Position numbers and translations under genes: made by a program
The notes under the pieces: model-generated
The model's input: the letters and a program-made list of their open reading frames with translations, nothing else
What the model was told of the DNA's origin: nothing
Database searches by the model: none
DNA from: a virus
Taxonomy: Duplodnaviria; Heunggongvirae; Uroviricota; Caudoviricetes
Direction: 5' to 3' (one strand)
DNA length: 64,000 bases
Virus record (IMG/VR): IMGVR_UViG_3300031088_000799
In this document: piece by piece, positions 40,005 through 49,916 of the stretch
Numbering within the stretch: the first letter of the stretch is position 1
Layout: each line of letters begins with the position of its first letter

Positions 40005-40661
40005 TCAAATCGCAAACATTTCTTTTGTAATCATTGTGTTTTTCAAATCATCTACACGTTCATCAAATGTCTTATGTTGGCTATCATGCTCAAAAAATTC
40101 ATCAATTTTTGAAATGTAATTGGCATAATCGTTAATTAGATGTTCAGCAAACAGGCTAGCTGGAATCTCTACACCTGCATAATTTACTTTACCATCTGCA
40201 TGAACCATGACATAGGTTAAGCGTTCACCACTTGAAGAAGACACCCAAAACCCTACACTGGGCATATAAACGCTGTCAAAGCCATCATGAGAGCCTTCAA
40301 AGGCATAAATAACAAACTCTGTGACCTTGATGCGTGAAATATTTTTGTTATCCTTACTGACATCATATTGCAAACCATTAATGTCACGAATAGCATTGAA
40401 AATAAAGTCTACTACCTTCTTATCTCTGATGAAATGTTCGGTTAAACTTTGACTATTAGAGGTTAACGAGTAGTGGAAAGCACCTTTACCTGCTCCAATC
40501 AATGGACGGCGACTAACTTCTAACAAATCAGCGTCACAGAGAAAATAAGACTTATCACGGCCCTGCGTAAAACTGATTTTTGTATAGCCATAATTTGAAG
40601 TCAAGAAAGCTCCAATTTTTTTCTGAATGGATTTTTCAATTTTGCTGATTTCTTTCATCAT
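40005..40661 (-). CDS. Hypothetical protein, MxxI end
   Basis: Ends ITKEMFAI; AAGGTG RBS. Confidence 0.8.
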   Translation of the reverse strand: MMKEISKIEKSIQKKIGAFLTSNYGYTKISFTQGRDKSYFLCDADLLEVSRRPLIGAGKGAFHYSLTSNSQSLTEHFIRDKKVVDFIFNAIRDINGLQYDVSKDNKNISRIKVTEFVIYAFEGSHDGFDSVYMPSVGFWVSSSSGERLTYVMVHADGKVNYAGVEIPASLFAEHLINDYANYISKIDEFFEHDSQHKTFDERVDDLKNTMITKEMFAI

Positions 40662-40763
40662 TCACCTTCGAATAACATTTTAATAGCTGGAATTATAGCA
40701 TAATCCTTTTAAACAGGCAATAAAAAAGTCGCCCGTAGGCGACTATTTTCCAAGATACAAGCC

Positions 40764-42254
40764 TTAGTAGGCTTGTTGTGAGCGTGGTTTGTAGCGAATG
40801 GTCGTGCCGAACTCTGGTGGAACCACAACTTCGGTGTTAACAACGTAAATCGTATCACAGAAGTGCGGAATACCAAAGTCGTCGCCAGTGTAACCATCGG
40901 TGAACATGATGAAAAGTTTCGGTTTGATACGCTTTTCACGCATGAACGCCCAGTTCGCAAGGAACGAAGTGCCACCACCACCAAAGAACTCGTATTTAGG
41001 CAAGCTACGAATGTTGGAAGGCGTATATTCCTTGAAGCTCTGTGGATATACCTTCGCATCAAACGTCCAAATACGAATCGTAAAGTCACGCTTGTATTGC
41101 TGAGTGATACCAGAAATTTCAGACAAGAAGTCAGCCATTTCTACTTCACCAATCGAACCCGAACAGTCTACTGCAATGTGAATGTCAACTTTTTCAATCT
41201 GACGGAAACCCGGCATAATGAAATCGCCATCAAACGAACGGCGGGACGGACGGCTCCAATCGTCGCTTTCACGGAACAGCGAAGTGATACGAGTGCGGAT
41301 GTATTGACGCCAGTTAATTTCAGGGCGACGCATACGCTCAATCAAACGCTCCAAGTCAGCAGGCAACGAACCAGCATCAGAACCACCAGAAGAACGGCGT
41401 GCTTCTTCGTTCTCTTTTTGTTGGTCGTAAGCGTTAATCATACGGTCTTTAAAGTCACGCATGATTTCTTCACGTTGCTCTGCGGTCAATTCACGCGGTT
41501 TGAACTCACCACCACCACTGCTCTTATCTTGGCCTTCACCGTCGCCATTACCTTCACCATCGCCTTCACCGTTAGGATTGGCTTTACGCTTCTCGTTACC
41601 TTCCTTGCCAACACCAGTACCTACGGAGTGGTCATCCAAAGTAGTACCATTTTGAGCCGCATTAGGATCTTTCAACAGTTCCTTATAGATTTCTTCCATG
41701 CTCATATCGTCATACTTTTTATCGTAGAACAATTGAATCACTTCTTTACGAATCAAAGTACCCACTTTGCAAGTTACCAAGTCGCGGTTTACACAGAAGT
41801 CAGCCGCAACGTTTGCAAGTTTAGCATGAAGACGAATTTTTTCATCAAAGGTCATATCGTTATCGGCATAGTGCTGATAGTCATTGACAGTAGCAATTGC
41901 ACGGCCAAAGTGGTCGTAAGCAACGTGAAGAATTTCGTGACCATACACAAACTGAATTTCTTCTGGTTCAAGCAACAGGAAGAAACCTACGTTGTAGTAG
42001 AAGTGTTTACCATCGGTAGCAGCAGTTACAAGCCAATTCGAAGCATCAACAAGCTCAAGGTTCATCGCCATAATGCCGAAGAACGGTTGACGCATAAGGA
42101 AGTTAGAACGTGCCTGATAGATTTTATCTTCAACGATAGCGACTTCTTCTGGCGTATACGGTTTAGTGCGATCTTTTACCGCTTGCAGAAGGGGCGATAG
42201 AGCTTCACCTTTTTCGCTGACTTCATCTTTCTTTTTTCCTTTGAGAATTGACAT
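40764..42254 (-). CDS. DUF2201-type metallopeptidase-like + vWA domain protein
   Basis: TAATDG, HEILH, DFCVN, acidic Gly linker, AVDCSGSI, GGGGTSF, FTDGY. Confidence 0.85.
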   Translation of the reverse strand: MSILKGKKKDEVSEKGEALSPLLQAVKDRTKPYTPEEVAIVEDKIYQARSNFLMRQPFFGIMAMNLELVDASNWLVTAATDGKHFYYNVGFFLLLEPEEIQFVYGHEILHVAYDHFGRAIATVNDYQHYADNDMTFDEKIRLHAKLANVAADFCVNRDLVTCKVGTLIRKEVIQLFYDKKYDDMSMEEIYKELLKDPNAAQNGTTLDDHSVGTGVGKEGNEKRKANPNGEGDGEGNGDGEGQDKSSGGGEFKPRELTAEQREEIMRDFKDRMINAYDQQKENEEARRSSGGSDAGSLPADLERLIERMRRPEINWRQYIRTRITSLFRESDDWSRPSRRSFDGDFIMPGFRQIEKVDIHIAVDCSGSIGEVEMADFLSEISGITQQYKRDFTIRIWTFDAKVYPQSFKEYTPSNIRSLPKYEFFGGGGTSFLANWAFMREKRIKPKLFIMFTDGYTGDDFGIPHFCDTIYVVNTEVVVPPEFGTTIRYKPRSQQAY

Positions 42255-42494
42255 ATATTTATTTCCTCATGTTCTGTTTTAGTGAAGCTATTATACCAAG
42301 AAACAACGTCAATATCAACACTTTTCTTTGGTTTAACAATCTTTTTCTAAAAATAATTGTATGGTTGTTGTGTAGGTTCCTAGTATATCATGCTCAAAAT
42401 AAAAAGGCAAAGACATTCCAGAAAAAGCTATTTAGCAGTCAAAAAAAAGCCCCTTTCGGGGCTTTGGCTTTCGCCAGTTACACACTCGACTGTG

Positions 42495-43802
42495 TTAGTT
42501 TTTGAGGCGTGCCGCGTTGAACTCGGTAGCCACAAGGTCAAACACTTTCTTGTCCATGTGGTTAGGCATCGGCATAACCTTGTAACGCTTCAACATCACA
42601 GTGATAATACCGAAGACGAACAACTCACGAGCGAAGTTCTCTTTTGCGAACAAGATGTAGTTTTCCATGCTTTTCACATAGGATTTCAACACTTTGTCAT
42701 ATTCGGTAGACTTATCACCTTTTTCTTTCTTAACTTCTTCCAACTTTGTTTTCATTTCTTTCAGTGCGTGAGAGCAATCGTTCGCAATGAAGTATTGTGC
42801 AGAAGTCTTGGCCTTGATGTTAACGCTGATTTTCTTACCATCAAGAATATCGCGGGCTTTTGGCAAGTCCATACCTTCTTTCACGAAACCAGCGAACTCG
42901 ACAGCAATACCGCTACCTACACAAGATGCAGCGATGACAGAAATGTCGTTTTCGTTGATTTTATCGTCATCATCGTAGACGTTAAACTCGTCACTTTCTT
43001 CTGCCAGAGTCTTAACCGCAACCACTGGTTGGTAGTCACCGTAAGCGGCATACAACGCCTTGCTCAACATTTCCCAAGAACGTGGAGTTGCGAACGCTTT
43101 TTCATCCGAAGACAACAGTTGGTCAACGTTGAAGTTCTGCAATTTGCTACCGTTCGAACCAATCGACAGGTAAGCCAACACGTAAGGGTGCATACCAGCC
43201 TCAGACGCGAAGTTCAGCCATTGTTCGGTGTTAACGTCCATCAAGTAGTGACGGAAACGGTTAGCCAGTGGCAAAGGCATGGAGTTAGTTACACCACCAT
43301 CCGATTCCAAGTTACCAGCCGCGAACACAACGTCTTTCGCACCCAATTCGAAGCAACCAATGCGACGGTCGTTGATGAACTGGTAAGCAGCAGCCATCGT
43401 AGCTGGCGAACCGGAGTTCAATTCGTCGAAGAAGAACGCAGTTGGTTTACCGTATTTATCCCATTGCTCTTTCGCACGGCGAAGGAAATCAGGCATTGCC
43501 CAAGCAACAGTAGTTTCTAGACCATCAACCCATTCCAACTCACCTTTTTCGTTCAAGATTTGAACCTTAGTGGCACGTTCTTGCTTCGCTGGCAGACCAC
43601 GAAGGTCAACGCTTTCGATTTGAGACAGGCGAATGTCTTCAAAGTGGAAACCCATACGCTCAACAAGAGCTTGCAGAATGCGAGACTTACCGATACCCGG
43701 ATTACCCCACACAAAGTATGGCGTTTGAGATTGGATGCAGTTCAGTGCATGTTTACGCAGTGCTTTTGGGGAAACTTTAATCATAGTGCTGTTAGTAGTC
43801 AT
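42495..43802 (-). CDS. MoxR-like AAA+ ATPase
   Basis: WGNPGIGKS Walker A, DIRLSQ..DLRGLP, FFDELN Walker B, AAGN, LANRF, TPRSW. Confidence 0.9.
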   Translation of the reverse strand: MTTNSTMIKVSPKALRKHALNCIQSQTPYFVWGNPGIGKSRILQALVERMGFHFEDIRLSQIESVDLRGLPAKQERATKVQILNEKGELEWVDGLETTVAWAMPDFLRRAKEQWDKYGKPTAFFFDELNSGSPATMAAAYQFINDRRIGCFELGAKDVVFAAGNLESDGGVTNSMPLPLANRFRHYLMDVNTEQWLNFASEAGMHPYVLAYLSIGSNGSKLQNFNVDQLLSSDEKAFATPRSWEMLSKALYAAYGDYQPVVAVKTLAEESDEFNVYDDDDKINENDISVIAASCVGSGIAVEFAGFVKEGMDLPKARDILDGKKISVNIKAKTSAQYFIANDCSHALKEMKTKLEEVKKEKGDKSTEYDKVLKSYVKSMENYILFAKENFARELFVFGIITVMLKRYKVMPMPNHMDKKVFDLVATEFNAARLKN

Positions 43803-43833
43803 TCTGTGAATCTCCTATCGAGTGTGTTTAGTT

Positions 43834-44141
43834 AGTATATCAAAGTTAATTTCTTTTTACAACATTTTTTTCGTTTTTTCTTGATTAAGTCGGACTTTAT
43901 TCCTTAATCCTTCTCTCTCATTTGTGTGTCTATTATAGTCTATTTAGCAATCTTGCGTCAAGCTTTTTTTTTACTTCGTTCAACTTTATTTTCTTTTCAA
44001 GTTGTTCGTCGTTAGGGTTGCTATCTTAACTCAATTCGCCAAACGGTGCAAGCTTTATTTTAAACTCTGTTCAACTTTGTTTTCGAAGCTGTTCATCGTT
44101 TCAAGGTGGCTAGTATATGACAAAATCATTCACTAGGTCAA
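43834..44141 (-). promoter_or_regulatory. Array of four tandem sigma70-like promoters
   Basis: TTGACC-18-TATACT, TTGCAC-17-TAAGAT, TTGACG-18-TATAAT, TTGTAA-17-TATACT; first three -35 boxes spaced exactly 90 bp. Confidence 0.7.
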
Positions 44142-44218
44142 GCATTAATTTCAATTATTTAAAAAAAAATAGCTGAAACGATAAAGTAAAAGAAAGGGCA
44201 CCGAAATGCCCAACCAGA

Positions 44219-44695
44219 TCAAGACACTAAAGAAAGGTAAGCTATTTTACTAGCTACAAAGGCTTCAAACTTGTTCACTGAAACCCATTCCTCAAACACT
44301 TCAATCTTATTACCCATCAAATAATCAAAAGCATCAGCAGGTGCGATATTCTTACTACGCAATACACCACCAGCAGCAACAATTCGATCACTCGCCACAA
44401 ATGTAACAACGGTACAGACTCCACATAAGTCATCTTGACCTTCATTAAACTTAGCTGACGGAATGAACGGTATAGATGAAAGAGCTAAATAGAGTTCTTC
44501 CAAATCCTTATGATTGCCACCTTGTAAAATGACTTCAACTTCTGATTCAGTAACCCAGTTAGAGAAAAGTGATTTTGCTTCTGGTGTCATATCTGCCTTA
44601 TTAGCCCAAAGACGATTTAATCCATGACAGACTTGTGGTGTGACATTGCTGCCACGAATGTAGAAATTAAGAATACTGTATCTTTTAGATTTCAT
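44219..44695 (-). CDS. PTH2 (peptidyl-tRNA hydrolase II)-like phage protein
   Basis: QVCHG, W...VILQGG..DLEEL, FNE..DL.G..T pattern. Confidence 0.5.
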   Translation of the reverse strand: MKSKRYSILNFYIRGSNVTPQVCHGLNRLWANKADMTPEAKSLFSNWVTESEVEVILQGGNHKDLEELYLALSSIPFIPSAKFNEGQDDLCGVCTVVTFVASDRIVAAGGVLRSKNIAPADAFDYLMGNKIEVFEEWVSVNKFEAFVASKIAYLSLVS

Positions 44696-44850
44696 GATAT
44701 CCTCCTTAAATTTGAACCATTACGCCAGATTATCAAAATTTTTAAAAAATGTCTACAATTATTTTCAAATTTATCTAATTTAAGGATCTTGATTTCTTTT
44801 ATGCTTTAATATACTATGGAAGAAATTCTGCAGATTAAAAGGAGTTTCAC

Positions 44851-45072
44851 ATGTATATCTGTTTATGTAGTGGATATAAAACATCGGATTTGGAAAGAGA
44901 TGTTGCTAACAATAAGACTGTTAAAGAAATTATTGCTGAAAATAATATCGATGCTGGTTGTAAAAAATGCTGCAAAATCCTCAAAGCAGAATACAAGAGT
45001 TGTCTGGAGTCTGTTGCTGGATCGACATATGAAATTAAGGAAGATCTTCTAGAATTAGCCGTGGCGGTTTGA
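44851..45072 (+). CDS. Bfd-like [2Fe-2S] ferredoxin
   Basis: MYICLC...GCKKC; AGGAG RBS. Confidence 0.75.
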   Translation: MYICLCSGYKTSDLERDVANNKTVKEIIAENNIDAGCKKCCKILKAEYKSCLESVAGSTYEIKEDLLELAVAV

Positions 45073-45120
45073 TTCTAGAGTTTTATTTGGTATAATAATA
45101 CTGAGAATAAGGAGATTGGT

Positions 45121-45534
45121 ATGTTAGGTAATCAAAAGCTTGAAATGCCGGAAAGAAAATTCGTGAAACACCCAGAAAGCATTCAGATAATTGTTGAAGA
45201 ACTAGCTGAACAGGATGATATATCACCAATAAGTCTCGAATCTTGTCATGGATTAATCTTCCATTATACAAGTTATCTCCAACCTAATAAGAAAGTCAGA
45301 ATTGACATTAAATTAGATGATATGATGTTTAGTGGTAATGCCTTAGTGACCAGTTGTCGAAAAGTTAACAAAGGTTATGAAATAAAAGTAGAGTTTTTAT
45401 CAAGTTGCGAAGAATTTAAAGTTAAAATGGCTTTGCAAGTTTGTCAAATTAAAGATTTTATGATGTCGAAACACCAGCAAGATGACAATGAAACAGCACT
45501 TAAATGGATTAATTCAAATGCTGCTAAGTTCTAA
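45121..45534 (+). CDS. PilZ-like domain protein with degenerate c-di-GMP motifs
   Basis: ERKFVKHP..IQI, GLIF, Y.IKVEF, KMALQVCQI, W...NAAKF resemble gammaproteobacterial stand-alone PilZ proteins. Confidence 0.6.
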   Translation: MLGNQKLEMPERKFVKHPESIQIIVEELAEQDDISPISLESCHGLIFHYTSYLQPNKKVRIDIKLDDMMFSGNALVTSCRKVNKGYEIKVEFLSSCEEFKVKMALQVCQIKDFMMSKHQQDDNETALKWINSNAAKF

Positions 45535-45543
45535 ACACAATAG

Positions 45544-45774
45544 TTAAGCAATATACAAATCAAAACTAACTTCTTCATGCTTCAGAGTTTCCAAAAACCC
45601 TGTAATTGCCTGCTTAGCTTCTTCATTATGATCGAAGTTCTTCACAAAAGTATTATTAATAAATAATCGCCCATCTGTTACACTAATGTCAAGATCATCA
45701 AAACGATCTATTGTCATTACAAATGTATCCCCACAAAAAACATCATCATTTTCTAATACTAGATTTGTTGTCAT
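45544..45774 (-). CDS. Small acidic hypothetical protein
   Basis: 76 aa; AGGAG RBS. Confidence 0.65.
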   Translation of the reverse strand: MTTNLVLENDDVFCGDTFVMTIDRFDDLDISVTDGRLFINNTFVKNFDHNEEAKQAITGFLETLKHEEVSFDLYIA

Positions 45775-45868
45775 TTTACTTCTCCTATAAACTATGTATA
45801 GTATATAATAGAATATAATAAAATCAACAGTTTTATGCGTTTTTCGTCAATTAGAGGAATAAAAAAAT

Positions 45869-46252
45869 ATGCTACTTAAATACCGTCTAGAAATGATATT
45901 AATTGTATTGATTGGCATGCTTATGCATGTAAATAATTTAGTGCTGACCTGTTTGTTCTTAGGGTTGACATTTATTCAGTTAGCCATGAATATTGTGATT
46001 TACCGGAGTCTTCTTGGAAATACCAGAAGATTAGATACCATAGCGAATGAGCAAAATGAACTAAAGAACAAAAAGAAATCATTTAAAGAGAACTTTATAA
46101 AATTTGAATTTTGGTTTGTGATGGTTGGCATAGTGACTGCTGCAATACTAACAAAAAGTATCTTTATTATCCCTATTTCATTATTTATTGTTTGTTTAGA
46201 ATTAGGAAAACTTTATATTGTGAAAAAATTACAAAAACAAAGCCTTCAATGA
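45869..46252 (+). CDS. Membrane protein
   Basis: Several hydrophobic segments; GAGG RBS. Confidence 0.7.
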   Translation: MLLKYRLEMILIVLIGMLMHVNNLVLTCLFLGLTFIQLAMNIVIYRSLLGNTRRLDTIANEQNELKNKKKSFKENFIKFEFWFVMVGIVTAAILTKSIFIIPISLFIVCLELGKLYIVKKLQKQSLQ

Positions 46253-46366
46253 AGGCTTTTTAATTTGTTTTCTTATCGTCGTGTTGTTTTAATCAATAAT
46301 TAAGATATAACAATGAAATTAAACAAAAAAAAGAAGCCGAAGCTTCTTTTTAACAGACTTAAAGTA

Positions 46367-47011
46367 TTATACTTTAATCATGTCCAAGACTGCAATAATA
46401 TCATCATCTACTTCTGTAACATCATAACCAACAATGCTTGAAATAACATCTTTATAAGCATTTAACATTGGAAATTTAACATCATCAGCTTTCTTATAGT
46501 TAACATGAATGTCAACAAATGATTGATGTTCCAGTTCTCTACCATCTAAATGAGTAATTTCATAGCTGGCATCAATAGGTTTCAAATGAATAAAAAACCT
46601 AAATGTGGTATAGCCTGTCTTAATACCTTCGCCTCGAACAATAAAAGCAAGACTATCAATATCAAACAGATCGTTATAATGAGGATTTAATTCGATTTCT
46701 AAAGAGGGTAATAAACTATCACAACTGTAAAATGTAAAATCTGAGTTTAAAATTTTTGAATATTTAATAAGTAACTTTCTTATTTTATTTAAAATGGATT
46801 TAGCTTTAATTTTTTTAATGTGATCTAAAAATAAAGCAGACAAGATTTCTGAATTGTCCAGCTTGCCAGTAGATACTGGTTCTTGAACGCTTGTGTGTTC
46901 ACGTAACAAAAAATAAGGATTGAAATTAGTTTTTTCAGGATTTAATCCAGTATCAGCTATTAACGTTTTAAAAGATTGATTAAATAATTTTCGTTTTTCA
47001 AAATAATCCAT
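46367..47011 (-). CDS. Hypothetical protein, MxxV variant end
   Basis: Ends IAVLDMIKV; GGAG RBS. Confidence 0.75.
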   Translation of the reverse strand: MDYFEKRKLFNQSFKTLIADTGLNPEKTNFNPYFLLREHTSVQEPVSTGKLDNSEILSALFLDHIKKIKAKSILNKIRKLLIKYSKILNSDFTFYSCDSLLPSLEIELNPHYNDLFDIDSLAFIVRGEGIKTGYTTFRFFIHLKPIDASYEITHLDGRELEHQSFVDIHVNYKKADDVKFPMLNAYKDVISSIVGYDVTEVDDDIIAVLDMIKV

Positions 47012-47061
47012 AATGTCTCCAACAAGTTAAATAAAGAAAGAGGCCGAAGCCTCTTTCTAGG

Positions 47062-47397
47062 TCAATCAGGAACTTTTACATATTTTGAACCGTTAATCTC
47101 AACGGTTTCAGGTTCAGGTACATCATCAATAATACTTCTACTACCGTTAACTACATGTTGATGAGTTTTACCACTCGCAAAACTGGTGTCTGTCAAAGCA
47201 TTTGGGCAATGAGTTACATATAAACTAGAATATGAAAAACCACCACCACTCAAATGAAAGATTTTACAGCCTTTCATTTCAGAAGGTAATACATATTCCT
47301 CTGTAATGTTCCTAGAATTAGCTCCAAGAGCTGTCGCTGAAAGGAACATTACACACAAAGCAAGCATCAGTTTTTTAATCATATAGCACATCTCCAA
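47062..47397 (-). CDS. Small exported protein (DUF4884-like)
   Basis: Signal peptide; GCKIFHL..LYVTHCP..SGKT. Confidence 0.6.
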   Translation of the reverse strand: MEMCYMIKKLMLALCVMFLSATALGANSRNITEEYVLPSEMKGCKIFHLSGGGFSYSSLYVTHCPNALTDTSFASGKTHQHVVNGSRSIIDDVPEPETVEINGSKYVKVPD

Positions 47398-47479
47398 TCA
47401 ATTAGGTTAAAAGCAATTATAGCAAAAATTTAATCTATTGTCACATTATATTTATGAAAATGAGTAAAGGCTCATGCCT

Positions 47480-48781
47480 TCACTCAAAGTTTTTCATATC
47501 ATGTTTCTTTGATTCCTTTGGAATATAATATGTGTTATGACGTGGCGTCAAAATCCAATGCCAAAGTTTTGGAAATTCTGGACTGAAAGCATTACCATCA
47601 CCATCAGACAATACAAACACAGCGTCTGGATGTTTTTTCATGTCACGAATTTTCTTATCCAAAATATGGAAATAAGTACCACCACCACCACGCACATGAC
47701 CTGTTTTCAAATCAATTGGATATAGATTGCAATCGAAAGCATACGCTTCAATTTCAAACTTATCCTCTGGAATGGTTTGCAACATCTTAACAAAACGCTT
47801 AGCGTAAGAATAGCAAGATCCAGACGTATCAAGGAAGAACACAACACGATAACGTTCTTTTGAAGGAACTTCTTCTTTCCAGTTACCTTGAATCAAAATA
47901 TCATCACTCAAGCACATTGTCCGACGATCTCGACAAATCCAAGAAGGTTTTTCAACGGTTTCATAACGAATACCAGATTTTAGATGCTTTTTAACAATTT
48001 CTTCCCACTTCTTTTTCTTCTTTGGTGGATTAGGGTCAATTTTGATATAAGCACCCAACGGCATAGTGCCTGCTGGGTCACCAGCCGCATCTTTAATTTC
48101 TTCTTCCAGTTCTTTTGCAAGATCGTATTTTTCTTTGTCACTCAATCTTGGATTGATTTCATCTTGAAGCATTTGTGCAGCATCAGAACCTGCTTGTTGA
48201 GCTTGATTCATTAAGTCTTGAATAAGTGGATCAAGGCCATCAATTTGACCACCACGACCATGTTCATCAAGCGTAGATTGTGTGTTTTGGTTTTTTGTTT
48301 TATCCATCAAATCAAGATAGTAATGGAACGAGCCACGAGTGTGAATACCATGTTTAATAATTTCTTCTTTTTTAAATACAGTACCAACAAAGCAAAATTT
48401 ATCCCAGTCAATAATTTCAAATTTATTGAAACCAAAACTGTTTACTAACATTTCATTGATCACAATATCCTGAGCAATGTTGACTCTTTCTTGATCAGGG
48501 TGTTCCAATCCTCGCTTGCCGTGATTAAGAATAACATGCAAACATTCGTGAGCAATCACAAAAGCTTTATTGTTCATATCCAATGAATCCCAAAAATCTG
48601 GGTTCAAAATAAGATAGAGTACATGACCACTGCGATCAAATCCGACCGCTGCAGTTTTAATAGTTTTTGTAAATAATGGCTTACCAATAGCCCAAAAGGT
48701 TTGAAAAATAACGTGATGCATTGATAAAAGGTTTGCAATATCAATACGTTCTTCAAAGGTAAATTCTCTATCTTTTATCAC
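47480..48781 (-). CDS. Second DUF2201-type metallopeptidase-like + vWA protein
   Basis: TAAVG, HECLH, DIVINE, FLDTSGS, GGGTYF, VLSDGD. Confidence 0.85.
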   Translation of the reverse strand: MIKDREFTFEERIDIANLLSMHHVIFQTFWAIGKPLFTKTIKTAAVGFDRSGHVLYLILNPDFWDSLDMNNKAFVIAHECLHVILNHGKRGLEHPDQERVNIAQDIVINEMLVNSFGFNKFEIIDWDKFCFVGTVFKKEEIIKHGIHTRGSFHYYLDLMDKTKNQNTQSTLDEHGRGGQIDGLDPLIQDLMNQAQQAGSDAAQMLQDEINPRLSDKEKYDLAKELEEEIKDAAGDPAGTMPLGAYIKIDPNPPKKKKKWEEIVKKHLKSGIRYETVEKPSWICRDRRTMCLSDDILIQGNWKEEVPSKERYRVVFFLDTSGSCYSYAKRFVKMLQTIPEDKFEIEAYAFDCNLYPIDLKTGHVRGGGGTYFHILDKKIRDMKKHPDAVFVLSDGDGNAFSPEFPKLWHWILTPRHNTYYIPKESKKHDMKNFE

Positions 48782-48909
48782 TGTTAAGCCCTCTTTTCAT
48801 TGATCTATTATACCAAATTCCACTTAAAAAGTAAAGAAAAATGATATAAAAATAAAAAAATAAAGCGTCTGAAAACGCTTTATTTATAAAGGGTTAGAGC
48901 TTTTTACTC

Positions 48910-49290
48910 TTAAGACACGTTTTTCAAAAATTCAATATCTTGCTCGCTCAAACGATACGCAATCAAATTAGTGTGGCGTGAAGTGCTGTATAGCACACAA
49001 GATTCACCATCTTGTAAGTTCCATACAGTATTCTCAACGTCTACTGAATTACTTTTAGCATGCAATGTCGCCAATACAGCGTCCACATGAACAAGATAAT
49101 AACCAGAGACGACATCAACTACATTTACTGCTGTAAACGCTCTCTGTGGCTCTCCATTGCTATAAAATGATTGCAAGCAGAAGTCTTCATTAAATTTACC
49201 ATCAAAAAGCATAAATAGTGGCTTATCAGTCATAATTACAATCTCCTTAAAATGTTTAATGATGCTATCAAGAATCGTTCTATAATTCAA
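48910..49290 (-). CDS. Hypothetical protein
   Basis: 126-aa ORF; AAGGAG before MTDK. Confidence 0.65.
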   Translation of the reverse strand: MNYRTILDSIIKHFKEIVIMTDKPLFMLFDGKFNEDFCLQSFYSNGEPQRAFTAVNVVDVVSGYYLVHVDAVLATLHAKSNSVDVENTVWNLQDGESCVLYSTSRHTNLIAYRLSEQDIEFLKNVS

Positions 49291-49330
49291 GCTTTTTTAA
49301 ATGATTATGATTATTATTTGAAAATAATTT

Positions 49331-49897
49331 TTATATTCTGGCCATGGCTAATAAATCTAATTTATCGGATAGGGAAATATTAGCAGTATCAGTGTGAAAC
49401 GAAGCTAACTCATGCGTCACCATCCGATCAATATCCTTTTTGAGATCAAGTTTAGTTTGCGAATAAAAATCTACACTATTAACAAATAGAGAAGATTCTA
49501 AAAATGATATTTCTTTTGTTTTTTTGTTCATTTGAAAACTAATATTCATAATTGGACAGTAATGCATTATTTTCATTGATTTTAAAAATGCCACACATTT
49601 AATAACCAATGAAGTTTCATTTTTTAATAAATCACCATCAATCGATAATCCATATTTTAAGCCTTCTGGTGAGATACAATAATCAACTATACAAAAAATA
49701 GAATATTTTGTTTCTCTAAAACTAAAATTAATTAAATCTAAATTATGGCCGGGAACAGGATGTTCTTTTAAGATATAACTAACCGAATATTCTGACTCAG
49801 CATTTGGTTTATTTTTTTCAACATACGGTGCTGTAATTGTTACATTACAATATTTAAAAAAATGGTTAATTAATCGTTCATGATCTTGCATATACAC
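49331..49897 (-). CDS. Hypothetical protein, paralog of 49917-50480, MxxI end
   Basis: LINHFF, HYCPI; ends LDLLAMARI. Confidence 0.75.
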   Translation of the reverse strand: MYMQDHERLINHFFKYCNVTITAPYVEKNKPNAESEYSVSYILKEHPVPGHNLDLINFSFRETKYSIFCIVDYCISPEGLKYGLSIDGDLLKNETSLVIKCVAFLKSMKIMHYCPIMNISFQMNKKTKEISFLESSLFVNSVDFYSQTKLDLKKDIDRMVTHELASFHTDTANISLSDKLDLLAMARI

Positions 49898-49916
49898 CCT
49901 TATTTTATTACAAAGT

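Noticed and set aside
40863-43520. Long plus-strand ORFs of 445 aa (40863-42200) and 376 aa (42390-43520)
   Set aside because: They are antisense to the vWA and MoxR genes, have no RBS or recognisable motifs, and are explained by the sense genes avoiding TTA/CTA/TCA codons.
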